Assembly: GCA_036676395.1 (NCBI GenBank)
Contig: JAKFCY010000002.1
Coordinates: 736,001-800,000, forward strand
Length of the DNA: 64,000 nucleotides
DNA from: Bdellovibrio sp.
GTDB lineage: Bacteria > Bdellovibrionota > Bdellovibrionia > Bdellovibrionales > Bdellovibrionaceae
Reading direction: 5' to 3'
Below are positions 1 through 9,669 of the stretch, one piece after another. Under the pieces are notes generated by a model that was given only the letters and a program-made list of their open reading frames with translations, searched no databases and had not been told where the DNA came from. The stretch's first letter is position 1. Each line of letters starts with the position of its first letter. The position numbers and the translations under genes were made by a program.

Positions 1-545
1 CGGTCACCGTAGATCGCAAGACCTATGATTTATCTGAAAATTTCTTTCTCATAGCGACGCAAAATCCAAAAATGCAAATCGGAACCTACGCTTTACCTGA
101 AAGTCAGGTTGACCGTTTTTTAATGTCGATTCATTTGGATTATATTTCGAAAAATTCAGAAGTGAAACTGATCTTGGGTGATAACCCCCGTAAACTGATT
201 GAAGGGCTGCAGCCGATCATCAGTAAAGATGATTTATTACAAGCTCACAAAGAGTCGCAAAAAGTTCACATGGATACAAAACTTGCCGAGTTTATTGCTG
301 ACTTGTTACAGGTAAGCCGCACGCGACAGGACCAGTTTCAGTCTTTATCGACTCGAGCCGGGCTTGCTTTGGTGCAAACTAGTAAAGCGCGAGCTTTTTT
401 GAATGGGCATGATTTTGTGGCTCCAGATGATTTATTATTGTCACTTAAACCCGTATTAGCGCATCGTTTGGCGGATCAACAAGGTTTACCTTTCGGAGAA
501 CAAAAAGTTGAAGAGCTTTTACAACTGGTTCAAATCCCTCAGTAA
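1..545 (+). CDS. MoxR-family AAA+ ATPase, C-terminal part (5' end outside window)
   Basis: Frame is open from the window start: VTVDRKTYDLSENFFLIATQNPKMQIGTYALPESQVDRF...STRAG...HR. These are MoxR motifs (ATQNP, GTYxLPExQxDRF). Typical MoxR-DUF58-transglutaminase context. Confidence 0.92.
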   Translation, partial: VTVDRKTYDLSENFFLIATQNPKMQIGTYALPESQVDRFLMSIHLDYISKNSEVKLILGDNPRKLIEGLQPIISKDDLLQAHKESQKVHMDTKLAEFIADLLQVSRTRQDQFQSLSTRAGLALVQTSKARAFLNGHDFVAPDDLLLSLKPVLAHRLADQQGLPFGEQKVEELLQLVQIPQ

Positions 546-1431
546 AATTCCGGTCAGGGTAAATACACCCAGACCGTATATTGTCCCGACGGGATTAGGG
601 TTTAGCTATGGCGTTTTAGTTTTTGTTATTGTTATTGTCAGTGTGAACAACAGAAATAATCTGATTTTTCTTTTTGCTTTCTTTTTGTTTTCTGTGGGGC
701 TTATCACGATGTTGATGAGCCATAAAAATTTTGAAAAAATTAAAATGAGTTTTTTACAGGCCTCTTTACTTTTTAAGAATGAAGCGGGTGTATTAACTTA
801 CACTATTGAAAACCCAAGGTCTAAAGATAGTTTTGTGATTTCAGTCGGTGATAAGACCGTAGATTCAATTCACGCCCATGAAAAGCGGGATGTGCAAATT
901 AATTATTTGCCAGATCACTATGGGATTTATCAATTACCGGTGCAAAAACTTGAAAGTCGCTTTCCATTGCAGTTTTTGCGCGTCTGGAGGTATATCCAGC
1001 CCGAAGTGCGAATCACGGTTTTTCCAGAAAAGATTAATTATTTCGGTTTAAGTGCACTCATTTCAGAAACTGAAACTGGTGTACAAAAAAAACAACTTCT
1101 AGACAGCTTAGAAAAAGAAATATCACATTTTGACCGCTTTCAAGTCACAGACCCACCTCAGCACATCAATTGGAAGATTTTGGCAAAAACGAACGATTTA
1201 TACGTTAACAAATATGAATCGTTGACGAGCGAACAACAGCAAGTGGTTCTTCGTTGGAAAGACACTGAACCCTTAGTTGATATTGAAAAGCGTAAGTCGC
1301 AGTTCGCTTACTGGATTGACGAAGTTTATAAATTAAAAAAATCATTTGTGGTTGAATTTGAAGAACAAAAGGTAGAAGTAGCTCAGAATGATTATAAACA
1401 CTTGCTGAAAGCCTTAAGGCTATTACTATGA
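508..1431 (+). CDS. DUF58-family membrane protein
   Basis: YIVPTGLG plus two N-terminal TM helices; SRFPLQFLRVW and DPPQHINWKILAK resemble DUF58 motifs; lies between MoxR and the transglutaminase. Start uncertain. Confidence 0.8.
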   Translation: MKSFYNWFKSLSKIPVRVNTPRPYIVPTGLGFSYGVLVFVIVIVSVNNRNNLIFLFAFFLFSVGLITMLMSHKNFEKIKMSFLQASLLFKNEAGVLTYTIENPRSKDSFVISVGDKTVDSIHAHEKRDVQINYLPDHYGIYQLPVQKLESRFPLQFLRVWRYIQPEVRITVFPEKINYFGLSALISETETGVQKKQLLDSLEKEISHFDRFQVTDPPQHINWKILAKTNDLYVNKYESLTSEQQQVVLRWKDTEPLVDIEKRKSQFAYWIDEVYKLKKSFVVEFEEQKVEVAQNDYKHLLKALRLLL

Positions 1432-3383
1432 AAAAATATATCTTACCGGTAGTTCTATTTTTTCAAATGGTATTACTTTTTACCGAAGTTCCGAATTGGG
1501 TTATTCTCACGAGTGTACTGTTTTTAATTTTAAGCACTCTGTCTTGGGGTAAAAATTTGCCGCGCATCAAAACCATCACAGGAGTTTTTTCTGTCATTGT
1601 TGTTATGGTAGCCGTTCGGAAGTTTAGCTTTATTTTATCCAATGAATTAATTGCCAGCCTATTAATTATTTTAACCAGCATTCGTTTAATCGAACATCGT
1701 TTTGATCAGGCAGAGCCGCCGTACTTTTTATTTTTATTGGGGCTTTTTCTGGCCGTGGTTAAATTTGTCTTTCAAATCGATTTTATTTTTGGTGTCTATG
1801 CTTTTTTAGCGACAGTGTTTTATCTTTACCAGTTTTTTCCAGAAAGCTTTCAAAAAAATTACCCTAAAGAAAGTTTTAAAGTCTTAAGAACAATTATTTT
1901 GTATTCTGTTCCGATGACGGTTTTACTTTTTTTGGTGTTTCCGCAGTTTAAATTTGATGGCGGCAGACAGCGTAATTACGGCCTGTTTTCACAGATTGGT
2001 GCCAGCGGGTTTTCTGGTGAACTTCGACCGGGATCAATTTCAGAATTAGTAAATAATGAAAATATCGCATTTCGCGCTGAATTTACCGAATATGCGCCAT
2101 CGCAAAGCGCTCTTTACTGGCGGGGACAAGTCTTAGACCGTTCGCAAGGATTATTATGGCGGCGCTCGAACCCATTAAACCATACGCCAGAAGTTGTCGA
2201 AGATGATGGCACAGTTTTTCGACCTAAATACAAAATTATCTTAGAGCCACACTACAAAGAGCAATTATTTACGCTGTATGAAACAGACTCTGTGAATTCG
2301 TCAGAAAAACTTTTATTATCTGATAAAAATAACACTTATTCATTACCTTCTGCTTTGAGCGAACGATTGGTGTATAACGGCGAAATTCAATTCAATCTAA
2401 AACAAAAATTAACTCAAGGCCGAGAAGAGTTTCTGCATTTAAATCGACGATCGGCTAAAGTTGAAGAGCTGCTAAAAACCTTAATTCCTGCATCATCACA
2501 AGAGGCGCAAACTGCCGAGCAAAAGGTAAATCGATTAGCAAAGTTTTTTGCAGAAAATAAATTTGAATACAGACTTTCTGGACAAGAATTAGCCGTGAAC
2601 TCGTTAGAAGACTTTTTATTCAAAACTAAAGTAGGCTTTTGCGAACACTATGCTTCAGCAGCCGCATTGCTTTTACGCTATTGGGGGGTACCTTCACGGG
2701 TTGTGGTGGGTTACCAAGGCGGCGAACTAAACAAAGCCGGAAATTTTTGGACTATAAAACAACAAGATGCGCATGCTTGGGTTGAATATTTAGACGAAAA
2801 TAATATCTGGGTGTTATATGATCCTATAACTGCTATCGCTCCGGATCGTATTGCTATCGGTGCCACTTTCTTAATGAATCCGACGGGACGCGGACAACTA
2901 TGGAAGCAGTTAAGCAATAGATTTGAAATCTTTGATCAAATTTCTACTTTTTTAGAAACATCGAATTATCGTTGGACACTTTTCTTCGTTGAGTATTCCA
3001 GCTCAAATTTTCAACGCGAAATTCTTAAATTTTACGAAGACAACGAAGATGTACAATTAGCGGCCCGGTTAATCTTTCTTCTATTGTGTATTTTTGTTGT
3101 CTATCGCTTAACCAAAAAAATTATTTACCGCCGCCGACCTTTAAATGAGCGCTATTATTTAGAATTACACCGCTTTTTTGCCAAACGATTACCGCAAGAA
3201 AAGAATGAATCTTTTGAGAGCTGGAAGTCGCGGTTATTGGAAAAATATCCCGCCATGAGTGAGAGTGTCGAAGAGATTTTTTCGCTTTATCTTAGAAATA
3301 GATACGGCGCCCAAGCCAGTGCGTCTGAGTTTAAAAGGTTTAAGTCGCTTTTGAATAAAAATAGCTTCAGTTTCGAAAACTGA
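1428..3383 (+). CDS. TgpA-like membrane transglutaminase (DUF3488 + transglutaminase core)
   Basis: Multi-TM N-terminus; LYWRG; catalytic triad motifs GFCEHYAS, DAHAWVE and YDP. Confidence 0.9.
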   Translation: MKKYILPVVLFFQMVLLFTEVPNWVILTSVLFLILSTLSWGKNLPRIKTITGVFSVIVVMVAVRKFSFILSNELIASLLIILTSIRLIEHRFDQAEPPYFLFLLGLFLAVVKFVFQIDFIFGVYAFLATVFYLYQFFPESFQKNYPKESFKVLRTIILYSVPMTVLLFLVFPQFKFDGGRQRNYGLFSQIGASGFSGELRPGSISELVNNENIAFRAEFTEYAPSQSALYWRGQVLDRSQGLLWRRSNPLNHTPEVVEDDGTVFRPKYKIILEPHYKEQLFTLYETDSVNSSEKLLLSDKNNTYSLPSALSERLVYNGEIQFNLKQKLTQGREEFLHLNRRSAKVEELLKTLIPASSQEAQTAEQKVNRLAKFFAENKFEYRLSGQELAVNSLEDFLFKTKVGFCEHYASAAALLLRYWGVPSRVVVGYQGGELNKAGNFWTIKQQDAHAWVEYLDENNIWVLYDPITAIAPDRIAIGATFLMNPTGRGQLWKQLSNRFEIFDQISTFLETSNYRWTLFFVEYSSSNFQREILKFYEDNEDVQLAARLIFLLLCIFVVYRLTKKIIYRRRPLNERYYLELHRFFAKRLPQEKNESFESWKSRLLEKYPAMSESVEEIFSLYLRNRYGAQASASEFKRFKSLLNKNSFSFEN

Positions 3384-3479
3384 TCTTCTTATTTTTTAGA
3401 ATTATTTAGATTCTATTCTTAAAATCCGGACTCCGGATCCCTATTAAGCAATACAAGTCTACTACGCCTGATTAACTTT

Positions 3480-3494
3480 CGGAGTCAGGATTGC
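3480..3494 (+). promoter_or_regulatory. sigma54-type -24/-12 promoter candidate
   Basis: CGGAGTCAGGATTGC: GG (3481-82), N10, GC (3493-94), about 40 nt upstream of the GAGGAGG RBS and ATG 3537. Confidence 0.5.
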
Positions 3495-3536
3495 TTTAGT
3501 CCTTCTCGTGACTTTTAAAATTCTTGAGGAGGAATT

Positions 3537-5345
3537 ATGAAGAAATTACAAATGGTACTAGTTTTAGCCCACACACTGACGAGCTTAAATGCGCATGCTG
3601 TTCAAATTAATGAGCCCGGTATTCATAAAGCAAAACTTATGATGAGTGAAAGTGAGCTTATACAAGCGGTTAAGAATGATCGCTCTACTCGAATGACTAG
3701 TCCTACAACTTTAGGATTTGGTGATGCGGCTTTAGAAGCTGAACAGTTGGAAGAATTATTACAATCACGTTTACGCGAAGTTGAAAGTTTAACCTTTTTT
3801 CGTGATCTACATTCATTAGATAATGCCCTTACTTTTTCAGCTTTAGCTTTCCAAGCTTGGAATCCTGAACTTCGCGCTATAGATATCAAAACACAGATCG
3901 TAAGAAACATCGTGAACTTCGGATTTATGGAAGGCTTTCTTTTGCCAACCATGAGCATTATTGATTTATCTTACGCCACAGGAAAACCCAATTTTGGAAA
4001 TTTATTGAACTCAATGTTAGCTGAAATTACACCGAATTTCGGAAAAGGACTCAGTGAGCTATATTCTGTTCCCGTTGAAGTAGAGGGAAGAACTTTTTTG
4101 CAAATATCCCAGCAAGGTCGCGCTGGAATGTGGCAGGCACTTATCACAGAATTAGATTCTAGTTTTTTTGCAAATCATGTTCAGTTCAGCAAACAAGACT
4201 TAATAACTAGGGCTTTGCTAAATGATCTTGATCCTATGAACTCGCAAGATAAAACTATGAACCACTTTTTAAATAAAACACTTAGATCCGATAGTAGTTT
4301 CTTAAGTCATTATCTTAAACAAAATCAACACAATGCGAATTCAAATATAGGTAATATAAAGGAAAGAGATCAAAGCCTCAAAAAAGGAGTTTTTTCAAAT
4401 GCGTCAGCTACCGATGCCAAAAGCTGCCAAGCTAGATGTAACGACGAAATTGTCAAACGTCTTAATGCGGTAGTCGTAACTAGTACTGCTATCGGTGGCG
4501 CAATCGGCAGTGGGCTTGGGGCTTATTTTGCTGGCCCGTTAGGTATAGTAATGGGAATTAAAAAGGGCGGAGCTATTGGAGCAGCTGCTGGTGTTGTTAT
4601 TGGAGGTTCGTTCGCAACCTCAGCTGGTTTAGTCGAATGTCGTGCTTCAGTTCCTTGTGTTGAAGAAAAAAAGCAGGAGGAAAGCCAGAAGAAAAAGGAG
4701 CAAGAAATCGCATTAAAAAAGCAGAAGGAAGATAGAGAGCGCGACGAAAAAGCAAAAAAATTAGCTGCTGATAAAAAGAAAGCAGAAGATGCAAAAAAAC
4801 AGCATGCTGAAGACGCAAAAAAAAGAATCCAAGAAGAAGCTCGTAAAGAAAAGACTATTAATGAGACCAAGCAAGCGGAGCTAGATAAAAAAACTAAAGA
4901 AAAGCAAACTGCCGAACAAAAAAGAGTAGAAGAAGTTAAAGAAAAACAAATTGCAGAAACCCAAAGATTAGTAGAAGAGCAAAGAGCAAAAGAAAGACAA
5001 ATCGAAGCTGCGAAAAAGTCCGAAGACGCTAAAAAGAAACAGGACGAAGCAGATGCAAAAAAGAAAAAAGAAGATCAAGATAAAGAAGAAGATGAGGTAG
5101 TTCTGGGGCCTATGGGAAAAACTATGATTACCGAGGATGAAAGCTCAGGAGTATCTTTGGAAGAAGTTCAAAAAATGAAAAAAGACAGCATTAGTGCGCC
5201 AATGGCGCCAGAAATTGAAGGTTTACAAAAAACATTCACTCCTAGCAACATGGACATGATCATCAAAACAGTGGTTAAGGAAAAACACGCCAATCCGATT
5301 CGCGTAAATTCAATCTATCCGACTGATCCTAATCTTGGAGACTAA
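3537..5345 (+). CDS. Secreted hypothetical protein with Cys-flanked glycine-zipper hairpin and long K/E-rich coiled coil (putative pore-forming toxin/effector)
   Basis: Strong RBS; signal peptide ending AHA; hydrophobic GxxxG-rich segment flanked by CQARC and CRASVPC; charged coiled coil. The ORF is confident; the function is inferred. Confidence 0.6.
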   Translation: MKKLQMVLVLAHTLTSLNAHAVQINEPGIHKAKLMMSESELIQAVKNDRSTRMTSPTTLGFGDAALEAEQLEELLQSRLREVESLTFFRDLHSLDNALTFSALAFQAWNPELRAIDIKTQIVRNIVNFGFMEGFLLPTMSIIDLSYATGKPNFGNLLNSMLAEITPNFGKGLSELYSVPVEVEGRTFLQISQQGRAGMWQALITELDSSFFANHVQFSKQDLITRALLNDLDPMNSQDKTMNHFLNKTLRSDSSFLSHYLKQNQHNANSNIGNIKERDQSLKKGVFSNASATDAKSCQARCNDEIVKRLNAVVVTSTAIGGAIGSGLGAYFAGPLGIVMGIKKGGAIGAAAGVVIGGSFATSAGLVECRASVPCVEEKKQEESQKKKEQEIALKKQKEDRERDEKAKKLAADKKKAEDAKKQHAEDAKKRIQEEARKEKTINETKQAELDKKTKEKQTAEQKRVEEVKEKQIAETQRLVEEQRAKERQIEAAKKSEDAKKKQDEADAKKKKEDQDKEEDEVVLGPMGKTMITEDESSGVSLEEVQKMKKDSISAPMAPEIEGLQKTFTPSNMDMIIKTVVKEKHANPIRVNSIYPTDPNLGD

Positions 5346-5346
5346 C

Positions 5347-5607
5347 ATGAATTTTTTAACTAAAAATAGCCTTAGAATGCCAAATTGGACTGCCATTCTA
5401 TTAGTTACTGCAGCTCTTGTGGGTGAAGCACAATATATGAATGCGTTTATTATGTCCTTTTTTATGATGATCTTGCACTTTCAAGAGGATTTGAGTGCTG
5501 CACTGCCAAAATGGATTTTATGGTTTAACCGAGTATTATTTGTAACTTTGTCAGTATTTTTTGTTTTTGTAGATCAAACAAAGAAAATTTTAGAATTTAT
5601 TTTTTAA
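5347..5607 (+). CDS. Small multi-TM membrane protein (putative immunity protein 1)
   Basis: GGAG RBS at 5337-40, ATG 5347; about 3 hydrophobic helices; similar to the next ORF (PNWTAILLVTAA...LPKWIL). Confidence 0.6.
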   Translation: MNFLTKNSLRMPNWTAILLVTAALVGEAQYMNAFIMSFFMMILHFQEDLSAALPKWILWFNRVLFVTLSVFFVFVDQTKKILEFIF

Positions 5608-5648
5608 ATGTGGTTAATCGCGCAATTGTGCCGAATGGTGGAGAATAT

Positions 5649-5948
5649 ATGAATAAACCCAAAAAAGATCTCAAAGAAACGGTAACTGAGTTAAAAGAAC
5701 TTTTTACTTATCAATTTCCATATTGGGCGACAATTCTTTTGATTTTTGCGGCTACCTCTAAAGATATTCCACGTTTAAAATTTGTTTTAATGTTAATAAT
5801 TATTTTGGTAGGTCTTGAACAAAAATTTATGATAGGTCGCATACCTAAATGGATCATTTTAACACTACAAATCTTGCTTACGCCTCTTATGCTTCTGTTT
5901 TTTTTCGAAAATGAATTTCGAGCAATAGGTCAGTATTTTGGTTGGTAG
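5649..5948 (+). CDS. Small multi-TM membrane protein (putative immunity protein 2, paralog of the previous ORF)
   Basis: GGAG RBS at 5640-43, ATG 5649; PYWATILLIFAA...IPKWII. Confidence 0.6.
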   Translation: MNKPKKDLKETVTELKELFTYQFPYWATILLIFAATSKDIPRLKFVLMLIIILVGLEQKFMIGRIPKWIILTLQILLTPLMLLFFFENEFRAIGQYFGW

Positions 5949-5953
5949 CAGAT

Positions 5954-6733
5954 TTACAAACTAATCTGCTCAATCACCCAGTCAGGAAACTGAAAACTGA
6001 TATCGTGGCCTGCATCTGGGTGAATCACATGTTTGCAGCGCCATTTGTTTTCGATGTCTTTCGAACAATCAGCGCTGACGAAGCGATCTTTGCCGCCACT
6101 CATTAAGACAACTTCTGTGGGTGGTGTTTGCGGAAACGCATAAGTCGAAGCTGCTACTAGCTGACGAATAATGTTTTTTGGATGGGCAGAGTTAGTTTTA
6201 CTAAAGCTTAGCATCGAATCAAAGGCGTGTTTGTAATCAGATAAAATTTGATCTTTTGTAAGTGTGGTTGTTACTTCTAGTGACGCCACTTCTTTATCTT
6301 CTGGCGCGTGCATAAAGCGCATACGTACACCTAATCTCATAGCATCAATACTTAAACGTTTAAATACATTCGAAAAGTTTGCAGCACTGGTATTTGAAAT
6401 AAAAATCTTTTTGAAAAAATTAGGGCGTTGCTTCGCCCATTCGACCATAGCCATTGATCCTAGTGAAAGTGAATAGCCGTAAGTTGGTAGCGTGGAATTA
6501 AAGTTTTGCTTTTTTAATTGCCCATCGAATGATTCTATAAACTCAGACACTTTTAATGGGGTCGCCACTTTATTCATGTAACCATTGCCGGGAACATCGA
6601 TGTAATAAATTTTATCGTTAGGAAAGGCCTGTTGCAGCTTTTCTGGAAACTGACCCCAGTGACCTGCACCTCGGGCTAAGCCGCGAATTAAGATCCAGTT
6701 TTTTACTTGAGGGTTTTGTGCTGTGGGTACCAT
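5954..6733 (-). CDS. Alpha/beta-fold hydrolase
   Basis: WILIRGL oxyanion region, IDVPGNG, nucleophile elbow SLSLG, D in GGKDRFV, catalytic His in AGHD. Confidence 0.85.
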   Translation of the reverse strand: MVPTAQNPQVKNWILIRGLARGAGHWGQFPEKLQQAFPNDKIYYIDVPGNGYMNKVATPLKVSEFIESFDGQLKKQNFNSTLPTYGYSLSLGSMAMVEWAKQRPNFFKKIFISNTSAANFSNVFKRLSIDAMRLGVRMRFMHAPEDKEVASLEVTTTLTKDQILSDYKHAFDSMLSFSKTNSAHPKNIIRQLVAASTYAFPQTPPTEVVLMSGGKDRFVSADCSKDIENKWRCKHVIHPDAGHDISFQFPDWVIEQISL

Positions 6734-7758
6734 TTTTCTAAGCCTTTGTTGTAATAGTCTAACAAGTCTAGATTTTTAAACTGTTCGCTCTGGCTGTAAA
6801 GCAAAAAGCGGATTAAAAAATCAATCAGAAGCTGGTGACGGCGTAAAGTGCGTTTAATGCGGTGTTTTTTGATCGGGTTGAATAAACCATCTAGTTTAAA
6901 AATCTGTAACGGATTTTTCTTAACCCAAATCCATGAGCCCAATTCTAAAGTTAACGGAATATAGTTTAGGTTTTTAATTCTTTCGTGAGCGATGTAATCC
7001 CATAGATCACCATGTGTGCAGTACACTTTGGATTGGGGCTCAATTTTATAAATATGAAACGGGTAGACCTTTTCAAAGTATTCCATCATCGCCGTAATAA
7101 AATCTAATTTTGGATATGGATTTTTACTAAATGCCCACGGAAACCAAATTTGATCTTTAAAGCCAAAGCCTGAATGAATGTCTAAAGATAAGGTAAATTT
7201 TGAGCGTAAAATTTCGCGCGTTACTTCATCGACCACGAATTGTGATTCAATTTGCATGGGCTCATTAATTTTTCCGCGATACCACGGAAGTAGATTTGTT
7301 AATCGATGACCGCCAGCCAGGGCGGGAACTTTTTCTTTGGCCTCAATAGGGGCGTTACGCATTAGATCGACACCATTGGCGTTTGATCGCGTGCGCTCTT
7401 GAATACCAACTGGGTTAATGAATGGAAAAAATATGAAGCGAATATCCTGTAATTTATTTTGAAAAACTAAATCCCAACTTGAAAGTTCAAAATATTTTTC
7501 AAGCAGTGATACGCAAAGCTGGCTTCCGATTTTTTCTAAACCATGCACGCCACCGGTTAGAATCAATGTGACTTTTTCTTCTGATTTTTTTTTTGAAGTT
7601 TTATCTTCGCAAATCACTTTCCACAGCGGGAAAGATGTTCCTTGGTGAATAACTTCTGACAGTGTTTGAAAAGTCCAATAGGGGTTCTTTTGTTCTCTTT
7701 GTTTTTTAAGAACTTGTTCAAACTGAAAATATTCGTGAAAGTTAGGCTGATTCAACAT
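6703..7758 (-). CDS. M14-family zinc carboxypeptidase (DUF2817-like)
   Basis: GGVHGLE (HxxE), INPVG, RSNANGVDLMRN, DIHSG, TLELG. Confidence 0.85.
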   Translation of the reverse strand: MLNQPNFHEYFQFEQVLKKQREQKNPYWTFQTLSEVIHQGTSFPLWKVICEDKTSKKKSEEKVTLILTGGVHGLEKIGSQLCVSLLEKYFELSSWDLVFQNKLQDIRFIFFPFINPVGIQERTRSNANGVDLMRNAPIEAKEKVPALAGGHRLTNLLPWYRGKINEPMQIESQFVVDEVTREILRSKFTLSLDIHSGFGFKDQIWFPWAFSKNPYPKLDFITAMMEYFEKVYPFHIYKIEPQSKVYCTHGDLWDYIAHERIKNLNYIPLTLELGSWIWVKKNPLQIFKLDGLFNPIKKHRIKRTLRRHQLLIDFLIRFLLYSQSEQFKNLDLLDYYNKGLEKWYPQHKTLK

Positions 7759-7775
7759 CAGCCCCTAGAGTAAAA

Positions 7776-8612
7776 TTAAACGGCAATTTTTTCCAGACGT
7801 TTCTCATAACGCTGTGCTAAGTTTTCGACTTTTAAGCACGTTAAAAAATCCATGCAGTTCATATCAGCATCGTAAGCAGGCTCTCCCAGAATTTCAGCTC
7901 CCACCTTAAGATAGGTTTTTAATAACGATGGAATCAAGTCTTCAGCTTGCTTCATTTCTTCGTCTGAAAGCTTTGCTGGCATGGCGTGAAAGTAATCATC
8001 AAAAAATGGCACCTTAAACGACAAGTGGGGCTTAATTTTGTATTTGCAGTTTAGATGGCCAGTTTGTTCAAAGTATTTAGTCACAAGAGCAGCTTGTTTT
8101 GGCGTGATATTCTTAATACTTGAACAGCCAAATAATAAATTGGCTTTCACATGGCGCATGTAAAAATAAATGCCTTTCCATAATAATGAAATCACGGTGC
8201 CAGTACGATGGTTGGTGTCAATGCAAGCTCTGCCAAGTTCTACAAAGTTTGAATAAGGTAGAGCAAATGATTTTAAATCAAATTCAGATTGCGAATAGAA
8301 ATCTTGAAGGCTTGATGAATTATTCATACGGTATGTGCCAACAACGGAATTTGATTTCTTATCCACGATAATTAAGTGATCACAAACTGAATCATAAACA
8401 TCGATATCTAAGCGTTGACCGTCTTTTTTATCGTCGTTGTAAAACACATCATAACGCAGTTTAAAAGCTGATTTTAATTCCCGGGTTGTTGTTGCTGTTT
8501 TTAAAAGATAGTTACCTTGATCCATTTGAAATTCAACACGGGGCTCGTAAGCCACCATATCTAGATTTCTAAATTTCAAGTCTTGCTGAATTTGTTGGAT
8601 AAATTGTAGCAT
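7776..8612 (-). CDS. GNAT N-acyltransferase of the OlsB (ornithine-lipid N-acyltransferase) family
   Basis: LRYDVF, D..D..CDHLIIVD, VVGTYRM, FYSQSEF, ELGRAC, LLWKG, LFGCSS, PSLLKTYLKVGA, PAYDAD: the OlsB/Acetyltransf_5 pattern. Confidence 0.82.
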   Translation of the reverse strand: MLQFIQQIQQDLKFRNLDMVAYEPRVEFQMDQGNYLLKTATTTRELKSAFKLRYDVFYNDDKKDGQRLDIDVYDSVCDHLIIVDKKSNSVVGTYRMNNSSSLQDFYSQSEFDLKSFALPYSNFVELGRACIDTNHRTGTVISLLWKGIYFYMRHVKANLLFGCSSIKNITPKQAALVTKYFEQTGHLNCKYKIKPHLSFKVPFFDDYFHAMPAKLSDEEMKQAEDLIPSLLKTYLKVGAEILGEPAYDADMNCMDFLTCLKVENLAQRYEKRLEKIAV

Positions 8613-9528
8613 GATTAACCCTTTCCTGAGCTATTTGTTGGATAAATTGTAAAGCGATTTCATAAGTTTCATTAATTTCTAATTCTGATTTGGCAAGACG
8701 GGGATTGATTTCAACCACATCTAAATTACGCAATTTGCCTGATAAAGAAATCATTTGCGCAAAAGCATTTAATTCAGAAATCTGCAGGCCGTTCTTTACC
8801 GGAACACCCGTGCATAAAGCGTAACTGGTATCTAAAGAATCAATATCGAAACTGACATGTACGCTTTCATAATTAGAAATTTTTTCAGTTAATTGGTGTA
8901 AACAAAAATCAAGACCACTCGTTCTTAGATCATGAATCGTAAAGTGCATAATGTTATTGGCTTCTAAATAATCGCGCTCGAATTGATCTAAATCGCGAAT
9001 ACCGACATAGACTATTTGCTGATGCGGTAAATGGGTTTTCATCCACGCTAATGAAGCCGGGCGATTTTCTGGCTTTTGCATTAAGTAATAAACTGGCATG
9101 CCATGTAAATTTCCGGATTGGCTTTCTTCGGCGCTGTTAAGATCTGCATGAGCATCAATCCAAATGACTAAGGTGTTTGGATTGATGCGAAGACTTGCTT
9201 CGACAGTGGCTAATGAAACACTATGATCACCGCCAAAGTTTAGATTCACTTTGTTTTTGCGAAGCCCAAGATAAGAAAGTGCAGCTAGGTATTTATAGTT
9301 TACAAAGGAGTGCGCATTTAAATCATCGGCACTGTAAAATTTTGCACGCTTGTTACTTAAATGCTGTTGCGCGCGCCCTATCATTTCTAAATCATAAGCA
9401 GGTATTAAAGAGTCTTTTTTATGATGATTAAAGTAGCTGAGAAAGCCATCTGATGACTCGGTAAGGCCTGTGTAGGTTTGACCGATCTCTATATCTGCTT
9501 GAACAAAAGACAGAGTTGTTAGTTGCAT
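8569..9528 (-). CDS. rocF: Arginase (ureohydrolase family)
   Basis: GGDHS, WIDAHADLN, SGNLHGMP, GIRDLD, HVSFDIDSLD, DVVEINP. Confidence 0.85.
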   Translation of the reverse strand: MQLTTLSFVQADIEIGQTYTGLTESSDGFLSYFNHHKKDSLIPAYDLEMIGRAQQHLSNKRAKFYSADDLNAHSFVNYKYLAALSYLGLRKNKVNLNFGGDHSVSLATVEASLRINPNTLVIWIDAHADLNSAEESQSGNLHGMPVYYLMQKPENRPASLAWMKTHLPHQQIVYVGIRDLDQFERDYLEANNIMHFTIHDLRTSGLDFCLHQLTEKISNYESVHVSFDIDSLDTSYALCTGVPVKNGLQISELNAFAQMISLSGKLRNLDVVEINPRLAKSELEINETYEIALQFIQQIAQERVNHATIYPTNSARLEI

Positions 9529-9594
9529 GGAAATATTTTCAATCGAAAGGCGATATAATGTCCCGTTAGGGTTTGGTTTGTAACAATTGGCGTC

Positions 9595-9612
9595 TTAACA
9601 AACTCCTGACAA
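9595..9612. promoter_or_regulatory. Pho-box-like direct repeat (11-bp period) between arginase and pstS
   Basis: TAACA at 9596 and TGACA at 9607. The minus strand reads TTGTCAGGAGT-TTGTTAA, like the PhoB TGTCA-N6 repeat. A third TAACA is at 9581. Confidence 0.45.
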
Positions 9613-9669
9613 TACTTTGAGAATAAGAAAAACTAAAATCTGACTCATAAAAAACCAAGGAGCCCCTCT

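Noticed and set aside
1..3383. MoxR-DUF58-transglutaminase triad as a novel system
   Set aside because: A well-described, widespread gene cluster.
4660..5100. A-rich low-complexity tract as a repeat element or TolA
   Set aside because: Explained by Lys/Glu coiled-coil codons; lacks TolA architecture and tol-pal context.
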